Below are positions 43,063-54,465 of a stretch of 64,000 nucleotides of DNA, piece after piece. The notes under the pieces are model-generated. The model was not told where the DNA came from. It saw only the letters and a list, made by a program, of their open reading frames with translations, and did not search any database. Both the position numbers and the translations under genes were made by a program. Where the stretch lies: contig CAWCKY010000003.1 of NCBI GenBank assembly GCA_963796275.1, forward strand, positions 1,152,001 to 1,216,000. The letters are read 5' to 3'. The stretch comes from an uncultured Acidobacteriota bacterium. Lineage in GTDB: Bacteria > Acidobacteriota > Blastocatellia > RBC074. Position 1 is the stretch's first letter, and each line of letters begins with the position of its first letter.

Positions 43063-45463
43063 TCACCTGCTGATCACTTCGAGCTGGACTGTTTGAAGCT
43101 TCACAGAACTTGCCCCGACCATAATATCGAATACGCCGGGCTCGACGACGCGCTGCATATTCAAATTGAGAAACGAAAGTTTGTCGGGTGTAATGGCGAA
43201 ACTGACCGTCTTGCTTTCACCAGGCGCGAGCGAGATGCGTTCGAATCCCTTGAGTTCCTTGACCGGCCTCGTCACCGAACTGACTCTGTCCCTTATGTAT
43301 AACTGGACGATCTCGTCTCCTTTAACCTTTCCCGTATTGGTTACTGTGATGCTGGCTGTTGTCTGCTCGCCAGGTTCGATCTTTTCCGGTGCGACTTTCA
43401 GGTTTGAGTATGCGAAGGTCGTGTAGCTGAGACCGTATCCAAAAGGAAATAGGGGTTCCTTGTTTGCGAAGAGATATCCACGCCTGGCTGTAGGTTTATG
43501 GTTGTAATAGATCGGCAATTGTCCAACCGACCGCGGGAAACTGACGGGCAGTTTCCCCGAAGGATTGTAATCGCCGAATAACACATCGGCGACTGCCACC
43601 CCGGTCTCCTGTCCGAGATAGAAGCCCTCGAGAATTGCCGGAACTTTCTCCGCGATATAGTTGATCGACAGCGGCCCGCTGTTGATGAGGAGAACAATCG
43701 TCGGCGTACCGGTTTCCAGGATAGCCTTGACCAGATCGTTTTGCTTGCCGACCAGCTCCAGGTTGTCGCGGTCGCCCAGGTGGTTCGTTGCCCATCCTTC
43801 TTTGTTGGTGTCTTCGTTACCGCCCAAAACCAAAAGGGCGATGTCCGCCGCCCTGGCTATTTCGACCGCGGCGGCGATCAGTTTGGCATCTTCCGCCGGA
43901 TCGCTCAGGCGAGAGCTGTCAGCCCACCAGTCACCTCCTTCTTGTGTGATCCGGCAGCCGGTGGCGTGAGTTACTTTGATCCCGCCTCCAACTTTTTCAG
44001 TGATCCCTTGAAGAACGCTGATGGCGCGTCCGGGGTCGTCGCTGTATCCGCCCAGGTGCGCCCGGTCGGCATTCGGACCGATGACGGCGATCGATTTCAA
44101 TCGATTCCGGTCGAGCGGCAGGAGATTGTTTTCATTCTTCAGGAGGGTGATGGAGCGGCGCGCCGCTTCCGCAGCCAGATTGCGATGAGCCCGTGAATTT
44201 ACGAGCCCGGCTGCACGCTCGGAATCGACATATGGATTCTCGAATAAGCCGAGAAGGAACTTGGCCTTGAGGTTCCTCGCTACCGCTTTGTCGAGCACGG
44301 CTTCTGATAGCCTGCCGTCTTTGATGAGCTGCGGGATTGTCTTGTAGCTATCGGGTATCTGGCAGTTCGATGTCCACCCCAGCCTCGAGCGCAAGCCTCG
44401 CCGCCTCAGTTTTGTCGGATGCCACGTGGTGCAGGTTCTGCAACTGCGGGATGCCGTAGTAATCGGACACGACGTGGCCCGTAAATCCCCATTCTTGCCG
44501 CAAAATTTTTTCCAGCAGAAATTTGCTGGCGTGCGACGCGACGCCGTCGATCTCGTTGTACGAAGCCATGACGCTCATCACGCGGGCCTCGGTCACAGCC
44601 GCATGAAAGCTCGGAAGAAATATCTCGCGCAGTATTCGCTCGGAGAAATTCGCCGGGCCGATGTTGGTGCCGCCTTCCGGCTGCCCGTGCGCGGCATAGT
44701 GCTTGGCCGTGGCAATGACGTGCTCGCGATCTATGCCCTTGCCCTCGGCTGCTCCTTTCCCCTGGAGTGCCCTGATAACAGCTACACCCATCCGAGAGAC
44801 CAGGTAAGGGTCTTCGCCGAATGTCTCCTCGATCCTCCCCCAGCGTGGATCGCGGCCTAGATCGAGGTTCGGCCCGAGCACTTGATGGCCGCCGCGGGCG
44901 CTCGCCTCGAGCGCGGCGACGGTGAAAACCTTGGTGGTCAGTTCGAGGTCCCAGCTAGCGGCGAGCGCGATCGGTTGAGGGAAATGAGTGCTTTTGAACG
45001 CCATGTGACCGTGTAGCGCCTCGTCATGAAAGATCGCCGGAATTCCCAGACGCGTATTTTCGACGAGGAATTTTTGAATGGAATTGGCGAACTCAGCCGA
45101 TGCGCGCGGATCCTTACGCTCTCTCTGCCGGGAGATCTGACCGATCCCATGCTCCATGACGACCCGCGCCTTTTCGAGCGAGAGGTCACCCCGATCTTTC
45201 GAAAAGTCGGTCTGCGGTCCCACCTGCGGCCGATCCGCCCAGAGGCAGACCAGTTGTGCGACTTTCTCTTCCAGGGTCATACGGCCGAGCAGATCTGATA
45301 CTCGGCGCTCGATCGGTAATCCAGGATCTTTATAATCAGGCGCCTGCGTTTTCGTATTTATTTCTCCTCCGATCAGAAGAAGAAATATGATGGCTATGGC
45401 TGCCAAAATTCGCGTGAGTATGCGGTTTATTCTCCGGTGAATTGGTGCAGTTGATGTAGTCAA
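43063..45463 (-). CDS. GH3 beta-xylosidase/beta-glucosidase (frameshift near 44355)
   Basis: MTLEEKVAQL, RDPRWGRIEETFGEDP, AKHY, VVSDY, PFGYGLSYT, FnIII KELKGF. Confidence 0.93.
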
Positions 45464-45507
45464 GGGCGAACTCCTAAGGAAAAGTTTTCAGTTGCAGGTC
45501 AATGCCT

Positions 45508-46755
45508 TCAAAAGCGGATGTTAGTAGGCCGCCGTGTATCTCCCGGATCGGCCCAACGATCGTTCGGGATGGTCGGTGTCCATCCCGGTCTCATCGGATC
45601 CTGATCGTAAGGATACGAACCTAATCGCCGGTAGAGCTCCCGATACTCCGCTAATTTATCCCGATCGAGCTGAACGCCGAGGCCGGCGCCTGTCGGTACC
45701 GCAATGGCTCCGCCCTCGTACCTGAACTTCCCTCCCAAAATGATGTCGTCGGTGAGGTGATGGTAATGTGCGTCGGCTGCGAAGGTGAGATTCGGAATGA
45801 CAGCGCCGAGGTGCAGCATCGTGGCAAGCTGTATGCCGAGCTCGCCCGACGAATGTACGGCGACACCGAGCTGGAATGTTTCGCAGACTCCCGCCGCTTT
45901 GATGCACGGCCGGATGCCGCCCCAGAATGTCGTATCGAGCAGAATCACGTCCACTGCTGTGTCGTATACGTTAGCCGCGAGTTGCTCGAAATTGACCACC
46001 ACTGTATTGGTCGCCAAAGGCATGCTCACCTTCTCGCGCACCCGGCGCATCCCGGACATTCCGTAAACCGGATCTTCCAGATAATCGTTGCGGATGTCTT
46101 CGATCTGTTGTCCGAACCAGATCGCTGTTTCAGCGGACCAGACTCCGTTCGGATCGAACCGGAAACGGTCGCCGTCCAGCGCGTATCCCAGCTGGTGGTA
46201 ACAGTCCAGTTCGTAATCCGGCGGGAACACTCCGCCTTTCAACTTGTGCGTGGTGAAGCCGTAGCGCTCTCGCAATTGGATGGCATGTTCAATAAGTTGT
46301 TCGGTGGTTCTGACCTCGCCCGTGCCATCATTCGGGTTCGGGTAGCGGAAGAAGAGATATGAGGCGAATGGAACCCGTTCGCGCAGACGACCGCCGAGTA
46401 TCTCGGAGATCGGCACGCCCCATTTCTGCCCCAGGATGTCGAGGCAGGCGAATTCGAGCGCAGCCAGGATCTGAGTACGATTGTTATATAGGGATGCGGT
46501 CGGATTTGCTATGAGGAACCGCATCTCTTCCAGATGCGCCGGATCGTGGCCTATGAGGTAGGATTTCAAAGCTCGAAAAACGGCCTCAGCCGATTCCCCA
46601 CCGCCGCCCATCTCACCGAGGCCGATCAAACCGTCATCCGTCTCGACCTCTATAACTGTGCGGACGAAGCGGCCCCAGTGGCAGCCGTTCGCGTGTCTGA
46701 GCGGCGCCTCAAGAGGGACGGTGACGGTTGTTGCTCTGATGTCAGTGATCTTCAT
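45508..46755 (-). CDS. Enolase superfamily, glucarate-dehydratase-related protein
   Basis: [34 protein letters not shown]. Confidence 0.85.
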   Translation of the reverse strand: MKITDIRATTVTVPLEAPLRHANGCHWGRFVRTVIEVETDDGLIGLGEMGGGGESAEAVFRALKSYLIGHDPAHLEEMRFLIANPTASLYNNRTQILAALEFACLDILGQKWGVPISEILGGRLRERVPFASYLFFRYPNPNDGTGEVRTTEQLIEHAIQLRERYGFTTHKLKGGVFPPDYELDCYHQLGYALDGDRFRFDPNGVWSAETAIWFGQQIEDIRNDYLEDPVYGMSGMRRVREKVSMPLATNTVVVNFEQLAANVYDTAVDVILLDTTFWGGIRPCIKAAGVCETFQLGVAVHSSGELGIQLATMLHLGAVIPNLTFAADAHYHHLTDDIILGGKFRYEGGAIAVPTGAGLGVQLDRDKLAEYRELYRRLGSYPYDQDPMRPGWTPTIPNDRWADPGDTRRPTNIRF

Positions 46756-46757
46756 AA

Positions 46758-46870
46758 CATTTTACAGTTGTCATTTTACATTTATCATTTGTCATTTTTT
46801 TTCATTTGCCACTGCTTGAGCTCCTCCTTCAATGACAAATGTAAAATGACAAATGTAAAATGATAAATGC
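46758..46870. repeat. Heptamer-repeat hairpin (CATTTNN)n ... (NNAAATG)n
   Basis: CATTTTA/CAGTTGT/CATTTAT/CATTTGT versus ACAAATG/TAAAATG/ATAAATG. Confidence 0.85.
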
Positions 46871-46878
46871 GAAGGGTA

Positions 46879-49068
46879 TTACCAGGTAAGGCTTTTAGCC
46901 TTATACTCCTCAAGAGTTTTCTCAGGCTTCTCCACGCCTTTCGGCAGAGGCAACTTCGAAATGCCCTGAAAATAAGTCAACACAGCATCTCGCCACCACG
47001 CCGCGTCGCGCTCCTGAATCGCCAGCTTTTTCGCCACCTCGTCGTGACGATCTTTATCGATTACGTTGGCCAGACCATCCCACTCTTTGCGTGCGGCACG
47101 CACCCATTCGACTCCCCGTTGGTAATGGAGCGCCATCTCGTCCCACATCGTCCGGCCCGAACGCATGCGGTAATCCCACGGCACGTGATGAAACCATAAA
47201 AGGAATTTTTCCGGGCACTTTGCCGGATCGGCGAAGATGTCGCGGACCGGGGGATGATACTGGTTGACTGTGTTGCTGCCCGTCTCCGTCCGGTCGAACC
47301 CCAATCCCCGTTCGTCACCGCGGTGATAATAGATTGAAGTCCAATCGGTCCGCTTACCCTTATCCCACCACGGCGCTGGACCGTAGTGGTGATCGGGCCA
47401 CATTATGTGATGAAGACCGATGGGAGTCATATAATCCACCAGCGCCTCGTGCGACTCGAGCATAATGCGGGCCATCGTCTCGATCGCTCCCGGTTCAAGC
47501 GTAAATGTCATCTTTATCCAATCGACGGCTATCTCCCGCGCGCTGAGATCCGGATCCCAGGCCAGGCGGCCGAATGCGTACCAGTTGGCTTGAGCGAACT
47601 GATGCCCGCACCAGTTGCGGTCCTTGCCGGTATTGGCAACGCCGGCTATGCCGGTCAAACGCTGCCCGTAAAGACTGCCATCGACCACTTTGGTCACGGT
47701 CGAGCCGGCGCCCTTGGCGTGAGTATCTGAGTCTAAAAACTCACGCCACATCGGTGCCAGATACGCGAGATGGTTTGAGAAGCCGAGATATTCCTGGGTA
47801 ACCTGCAGCTCTGGTTGAAGCTGTGTCTTTGGCATTGTCCCGAATAACGGGTGGAAAGGCTCGCGCGGTTGAAAATCGATCGGACCATTCTTGACCTGCA
47901 GCAGCACATTCGGCGCAAACTGGCCATCGAAAGGGTGCAAATTTTCATATGCCGCCCCGAACCGGTCATATCCCGGTTTCATGTCGTAAACGAAGGCGCG
48001 CCACATCACGATCCCGTTGTGAGGCGCCAGAGCGGAGGCCAGCATATTTGCGCCATCAACGTGATTTCGATTGTAAGTCCGCGGCCCCGGCTGGCCTTCG
48101 CTGTTGGCTTTCACCACGAAACCCCCGAAATCCGGAATTATGCGGTAAATTTCATCGGCTTTTTTCTTCCACCACTTCGCCACTTCGGGATCGAAAGGAT
48201 CGGCCGTCTTCAGGCCGCCCAGTTCGATAGGGGCAGAGAAGCGGGCCGAGAGATAGACGCGCACGCCGTATGGTCGAAAGACGGCGGCGATGGCGGCGGC
48301 CTTGCGCAGATATTCATCGCTCAGGCTTCGTGAATTGGCGTTGACATTGTTGAGAACCGAGGCGTTGATTCCCAGCGATGCGTTGGCTCGCGCATAATCC
48401 CTTAGACGCGTATCTATGGTTTCGGGGAGGGCATTCCAATCCCAGAGCGAACGGCCCGCATAGCCGCGCTCGATTGTGCCGTCGAGATTGTCCCAGTGAT
48501 TGAGCGCGCGCAACTGCAGACGCGGTTTTTGACTTACATCTATTTTGTCGATGGGCCGTAGAGTCTGCAGCAGGCGCAGGAAATGGAATGCGCCATAAAG
48601 TGCGCCGACCTCGCCGTTCGATGCGATTACCGTAATGGACCGGCCGCCGTGCTTAATCGAACGGATACGGTACCCGTCCGGCCCGAGATCGTCGAGTTGC
48701 CATTTGAGCCCGGCGATCAAGGGTGAGCTCTTCGGCGTCCCCACGAGGACGGCCCCATCCTGGTTCGCCTCGCCCCGATCTGATTTGATGGGAACCGAAT
48801 GGCCGAGCAACTCCGAGCAGCCGCGGGCGAGCTCTTCGCGGATAGCTTCTATAGTTGCGGAGTCGCCCGGAACGATGATGGATGTGACGCGCGGGCTATA
48901 TGCTTCGATCGTTTGCCGGGGGAGCTGAGCGTAACGCAGCCATAGGCGATAACCGTCATCGGCCTTAGTACTCGCTATAGCCAACAATTGAATGCCGATT
49001 GTGAGACAACATATTAACAATCTATAGCTTCGATTATGTCCCGGATTCATCTTCCTCTTTCTCTCCAC
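46879..49068 (-). CDS. aguA: GH67 alpha-glucuronidase
   Basis: [62 protein letters not shown]. Confidence 0.95.
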   Translation of the reverse strand: MERKRKMNPGHNRSYRLLICCLTIGIQLLAIASTKADDGYRLWLRYAQLPRQTIEAYSPRVTSIIVPGDSATIEAIREELARGCSELLGHSVPIKSDRGEANQDGAVLVGTPKSSPLIAGLKWQLDDLGPDGYRIRSIKHGGRSITVIASNGEVGALYGAFHFLRLLQTLRPIDKIDVSQKPRLQLRALNHWDNLDGTIERGYAGRSLWDWNALPETIDTRLRDYARANASLGINASVLNNVNANSRSLSDEYLRKAAAIAAVFRPYGVRVYLSARFSAPIELGGLKTADPFDPEVAKWWKKKADEIYRIIPDFGGFVVKANSEGQPGPRTYNRNHVDGANMLASALAPHNGIVMWRAFVYDMKPGYDRFGAAYENLHPFDGQFAPNVLLQVKNGPIDFQPREPFHPLFGTMPKTQLQPELQVTQEYLGFSNHLAYLAPMWREFLDSDTHAKGAGSTVTKVVDGSLYGQRLTGIAGVANTGKDRNWCGHQFAQANWYAFGRLAWDPDLSAREIAVDWIKMTFTLEPGAIETMARIMLESHEALVDYMTPIGLHHIMWPDHHYGPAPWWDKGKRTDWTSIYYHRGDERGLGFDRTETGSNTVNQYHPPVRDIFADPAKCPEKFLLWFHHVPWDYRMRSGRTMWDEMALHYQRGVEWVRAARKEWDGLANVIDKDRHDEVAKKLAIQERDAAWWRDAVLTYFQGISKLPLPKGVEKPEKTLEEYKAKSLTW

Positions 49069-49291
49069 GATCTAATACTTCATTTATCGCATTCTCCAAT
49101 GCTATCACCGTGTCCCTGATGGAAAGGAACGGCGTGCTCGGAGACATTTAGAGTATTGCGGCCTTTCTGGCAAATCTTGACCTTGGCTGGGATATTGATC
49201 GTGATAACTTCATCGCAACTCGCCAACTTCCCGTCGCCCAAAAACTCCTTCGGTAATGGGCTTTAATTCAAAACCCTTACCCTGTGTGGGG

Positions 49292-52200
49292 TTAGAAAGA
49301 GAAGCGCCCGGCAAATCGCCAGAGACGCGAGCCCTGGCCGATTGTAGACGTGATATAACCGAACGTATTCGGGTTAGAGATATCGTTTCCAGGGTTTCCG
49401 AAGTTGGGATGATTGAACGCATTCAATGCCTCAGCCCGGACCTGAAAATTGATGCTCTCAGTAAATGAAAACGTCCGGAAGAGACCAAGGTCCACGTTGA
49501 AGAATCCTGGGCCGCGGATGTTGTTTCTGCCCGCATTCCCGAACCGCGCTTCGCTGACCGCTCTGAATGCGTCTCTGTCGAAGTACGGATTGCCTAAACC
49601 GGTGCCGCCTGAAATCGCAACTTCAGATTTGATCTGATCGGGAATCTGTCCGCTTCCGGCAGCTTGCAATTCTTGTGCGGTATTTTGAATGATGCCTATC
49701 GGCCCTCCGCTCGTGGCGCTCAGGACACCGTTCATCTGAAAGCCTCCGAGTAATCTGCTGGAAATGCCGCTCTCCGCCCATCGCCGCCCTTTGCCCAATG
49801 GGAGATACCCAGACCCAGTAAGACTGGAAATTGTGAGTCCGGTCGTAGCCCGCCGGACCTCTGTTACGTTGTCCCTCCTGGTAGAATTGGATACGCGGAT
49901 TGGCGTCATTATCGGCGAAATTGATAGCCTTGGAGTACGTGTAGGAAACACCGATGAGCGAGCCGGCCCATCGACGCTTGATCGATGTCTGCAGGGAGTC
50001 GTAGGTGCTGGTCTGATACGGCGATATCATATTGATATCGCTCGTCAAGCCCAGGGAGGCCAGCGCGCGCCCGGCATTGCCCGTGCCAGGGGCGCCGGCA
50101 TTGATGTTGATGAATCCCATCTGCCCGACCGCCCGCGAACCGACATAACCGATCTGTCCGACGAAATTCATGGGTAGCTCACGCTCAACCATGAGATTCC
50201 AGGACTGGATGTATTTGCGCTTCCACTCCTTCGGGTAGGTGGTCGTGCCGCTATTCGATGGCAGCCTGATGATGCCTTGAGTCGGGTCAGGCGGGGCGTT
50301 GGGATTCACGAGTCCATCCCGCAGGGTGGTCACCGGGATGAATGCGTTATCCGTACCATTGAATCTGAAGGCGGGCATTGCGAAATTATTGACTGCCGGG
50401 TATGAATTCCGGAAGTCGATAAATGGCCTTGGATCGGCGGATTGACCGTATCCGGCGCGAACTACCATCTTTCCTTCATTTCCGAGGCGATAGGCGAATC
50501 CGAGACGCGGCAGGAACTGGCCCGGCCCTGAGCTGGTGCCTGTGTCCAGCGGCACCCCGCCGAGGCCTCCGATATAGACGTTTCCATCCGATGGATCGAA
50601 GCGGTTAACCCCAGTATTGTCTTTGGTCGGGAACGGGTAGCGCTCCCACCGCAAACCGTAGCTGAGCGTCAGATTGCGCGTCACCTGCCAGCGGTCTCGA
50701 ACATAGAGCGCGTAAGATTGCATGCGAAGCGAATTGGGGTTTGTCAGCTGATCTACCTTGCCGGCGCCGCTCGGCAATCCGAGCAGGAAGTCCGCCCAGC
50801 TATTGAATCGGCTGGCATCGACAGCGCCATTGATCACCTGACCGGCCGCATTTCTTACCGGTTGCAACGCCGTCGCGCTGCCGTTGAATTGGAAGGTGCC
50901 GCGCACCGTCTGGAATACTCCGCCCTGCGGCTGGAAATGGTTGAGCTGTTGGTTCTGATAGTCCCATCCGAAACGCAGCGAGTGCGCGCCTTTCTGCCAT
51001 GAGAAATTTATGGTCGTCACATACTGATTGTCGCGGAAGAGGAACGGATTGCCGGTGTTGGCGTTACCCAGGTTAGCCCAGTTGGTGATCTGAAATGATG
51101 GTATTCCGCCCTGTAGCCGATCCGGACCGTTGGTCCCGGGGATTCCCAAAACATCCAATCCAAAATTGGATTCGATGTCGACATTCTCGGCGCCGAGCCG
51201 CTGGCGCGTATAACCGACGTTGACATCCATAAGAAGATTCGACCTGAATGTGTAAGTCACACCCCCGCCTATCACCTGGACAAGCCCGTCGGCATTGCCC
51301 AACTGGCCACCGTTTAACGCATCCCCGCCGGCTTCTCCGAGTATGGACGGCTCAAAAATGTTGGTCGGCGAAATGCTGTAACGCCCGAAGGCGGTGAACT
51401 TGCCACCCGCGTTGTAGTTGATCTTGTTGTCGATGTTAGTTCGGTTGAACTGGGCCGTACCGATTGGGGTGAAGTTGTTGACGAAGCCAGGCCCGTCAGG
51501 CAGCGGCATGCGACTGATGAGTTCCAACGCCGCCATGTCGATGCGGCCTGCCGGGATCACGTTATTCGGAAACGGGGCGCGCATCGCCGGATTATCGTTG
51601 GTCGTCGGATCGTAGATGATCGAACCGCCCTCCGCCGGAGTTGGAAATCGGACATTCCCCTGAGCGTCGGGCCGGAGGCTCGCCGGCGCGATACTGAATG
51701 TCTGGACCCGGGCAAAATTTCGCTGTGTGGTGCGTTCCAGATCGGAAAAGAAAAACAATTTGTTCTTCACGATCGGACCGCCCATCGCATAACCCCATTG
51801 GACCAGAATATTCTTAGGGACTTGCGGCGTGGTCTGGAAATAATTGCGCGCCTGGGTTGCGCTGTTGGTATCGTACACCCAACCGGCGCCATGAAACTCG
51901 TTGGTTCCTGACTTGGTAATCACATTGACCGCGGCTCCACCAGCGAGTCCTTGCTCGGCGTCGAAGGAGTTAGTGACGATGTTAACCTCTTGGATGCTCT
52001 CTGCCGTCGGCACATAGGCCGTGTTGGTCGGCAGCCAGGGGTAAACTACGCTGGAACCATCGATCCTGGTATTGTTCTGCAGCCGCGATACTCCATTGAC
52101 ATTGAATGAGATTGATCTTTGCGGGCTGCCTGCGGCGGAGTTCTGCTCGCCCATACTTACAGAGCCCGGAACAAGCCCCATCAGGCTCTGGTAATTGCGA

Positions 52201-52697
52201 CCGACGCTGCCCGTCAGCGGCAGATCGTTGACTTGCCTGGTCGGTTGCGTCACGTTTATATCGGCCCGTTCTGTCTGAAGCGCTTCGCTGGTCGTGCTGA
52301 CCTGCACGATCGCACTCACATCCCCGACCTGTAGCTGGGCGTCAAGACGACGTACAGCGTTAACGTCAATCCTGATATTCTCCTGAGCCAGCGCTTTGAA
52401 TGACGAGGCCGTAATGTTCACCTGGTAAACGCCTGCCTGTAAATTATTTAATAGGTATGTGCCTCTATCATCAGTGATGGCGCTGATTGAGACGCCCGTG
52501 CCGACATTCAATACCTCGACCTTGGCGCCCACAACTACCGCGCCCGACTGGTCGCTGACATTCCCCGTCAACGAACCGTATAGAACCTGAGCTATCGTAG
52601 CGATACTTAGGGCGATCATCAGAAGCACAGGAAATAGCGCTTTCATCGCGCTACGATACTTGCGAGTGTTCTGAGTCACTCTGTTTAAAGGTAACAT
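49292..52697 (-). CDS. TonB-dependent receptor with N-terminal carboxypeptidase-regulatory-like domain (frameshift near 49805)
   Basis: GSLTGNVSDQSGAVV, TKSGTNEFHG, LTLSYGLRWE, GPGFFNVD, C-terminal RFSF. Confidence 0.92.
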
Positions 52698-52901
52698 CGT
52701 TTATCTCCTTACTTCGAACGGTTCGGGCGCCTGACAGCGCTCATACGTGATGACAGAGCGGATAGACCGTTTTTCCGGCCGGACCGCATTTATCCCTCCA
52801 TCTCAACATCAAAGCCCTGGTTACCCTTACAAAGCTCTATTCGTTTATTAAATGATTGTCACCGTTGTTGTTAAAGAATTATTGTGAACGGTGTTGGATT
52901 A

Positions 52902-52922
52902 TTTATTCGAGACAACAACAAA
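52902..52922. promoter_or_regulatory. Candidate ROK operator upstream of the TonB receptor
   Basis: TTTATTCG-N5-ACAACAAA; similar to ATTGTTCG-N5-CGAACTAT at 54377-54397. Confidence 0.45.
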
Positions 52923-52930
52923 GAAATCAG

Positions 52931-53033
52931 AGCGCGGTGAGGACGAGGAACATAAGCGGCACGAGTTTTCCTGTGCGAGCCCCTTTTTCGGAATATCTCT
53001 GTCGCTTATGCTCCCCGTCCCTCACCGCACGCT
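52931..53033. repeat. Long imperfect inverted repeat
   Basis: GCGGTGAGGACGAGGAACATAAGCGGCA ... TGTCGCTTATGCTCCCCGTCCCTCACCGC. Confidence 0.7.
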
Positions 53034-53129
53034 TAATTTCTTACTACAGTTTCCAAGTGAACAATAAGTGAACAAGAAGATATCACATTTATATCTAATG
53101 ATTCGGTGAATCCTTCTTATATCCGTAAC

Positions 53130-54344
53130 TCAAGCCACGGAGGGCGCCCCGAAATATTTTTGAAGAACGAGCGCGATTGTTCCGCGAAGCCTCGGCTGGG
53201 TCGCCGGGTCTGTCGGGAGTACTCTGGTCGGGGCATGTGTGAAAGAACGGTTTTTGACGAAGCTGCCGATAACCGGTCCCACTCTATCCCAGAAACGTGT
53301 TATCTCGCCGACCACGACTATGACATCGGGCGCCAGTCCAGTAACCAACATGGCGATACCCATCCCGAGGTAATGAGCTACCTTATCAATGGCCTCCAAC
53401 GCCTTCGGGTCATTCTGTTCGGCCAGCCGCAATACGTCATCGAAAGTAGGCGTCTGCTCTATCGTTCGCGTCGTTCCGGCCCTGCTGTAACGGGCAGCGG
53501 ATGATTGTGTGTAATAGCGCACCGCCGCAGAGTTTGAAGCATAAACTTCCAGACATCCTCGATTACCGCAGCGGCATTCGAGTCCATCCTCCACGATGGT
53601 CGTGTGCCCGAACTCGCCCGCCATCCCGTTAGAACCGCGGACGAGCTGGTGATTGAAAATCAGCCCGCTCCCGATGCCTTCCGAAACGGTGAGCGCAATC
53701 AGGTTATGCACATCCTCTGCCCGCCTTCCGAACCAGACCTCCGCGAGCGCGCACGCGTTGGCGGCATTCTCCAACTCCACCGGCAAACCGGTGGCTATCT
53801 CGAGCGGAGTCTTTAAATCAACGTCCCCCCACCCGAGATTGGGCGCGAAGATCAGCCGCTGGGAGGCGAGATCGACTCTCCCCGGCAAGCTGACGCCTAT
53901 GCCTTCATAGGTGATCTCCGGTCGCATCGCGACCATGCTGCGGATCCGCGAGCACAGATGAGTGATGAATTGCTCCGCGTCCTGAGTCGTCGGCATCGAT
54001 TCCTGCGACACGAAATGCGCATCCAGATTGGCCAGGGCGATCGTTGTATGGGCAGGCCGAATGTTGATACCTATGATGCCAACTCGCTCTTTATTCAGGT
54101 GCAGAAAACGCGGCCGGCGCCCCCGTGGCGCGTGACCATTCGCGCCTTCTATAACCCATTGCTCTTCAATCAATTGCTCCGTGATGACCGACACGGTGCT
54201 CCGCTGTAGACCTGAGTGGCGGGCCAGGTCCGCCCGCGATATCGGTTGATGCGTGCGAATCAGATTGAGAACGATGCGACGGTTGATGTCCCGCGCCGTC
54301 TCGCTCGTCGCTACCTGGAAATTTGTCAGATCTATCTTTCGCAT
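53130..54344 (-). CDS. ROK family transcriptional repressor (XylR-like)
   Basis: HTH ISRADLARHSGLQRSTVS, ENAANACALAE, GEFGH, CRCGNRGCLE. Confidence 0.94.
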   Translation of the reverse strand: MRKIDLTNFQVATSETARDINRRIVLNLIRTHQPISRADLARHSGLQRSTVSVITEQLIEEQWVIEGANGHAPRGRRPRFLHLNKERVGIIGINIRPAHTTIALANLDAHFVSQESMPTTQDAEQFITHLCSRIRSMVAMRPEITYEGIGVSLPGRVDLASQRLIFAPNLGWGDVDLKTPLEIATGLPVELENAANACALAEVWFGRRAEDVHNLIALTVSEGIGSGLIFNHQLVRGSNGMAGEFGHTTIVEDGLECRCGNRGCLEVYASNSAAVRYYTQSSAARYSRAGTTRTIEQTPTFDDVLRLAEQNDPKALEAIDKVAHYLGMGIAMLVTGLAPDVIVVVGEITRFWDRVGPVIGSFVKNRSFTHAPTRVLPTDPATQPRLRGTIALVLQKYFGAPSVA

Positions 54345-54376
54345 CTCGGTAACCGGTCCGCTTGGCTATTGGAACT

Positions 54377-54397
54377 ATTGTTCGGCTTGCGAACTAT
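54377..54397. promoter_or_regulatory. Candidate autoregulatory ROK operator
   Basis: Imperfect palindrome ATTGTTCG GCTTG CGAACTAT about 30 bp upstream of the ROK start. Confidence 0.5.
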
Positions 54398-54465
54398 ATC
54401 AATAATTACTTATCAATTCAATTGGAAGATGAAAAGAAATCGAAGGAATGAAAGAGGAAAATGGG

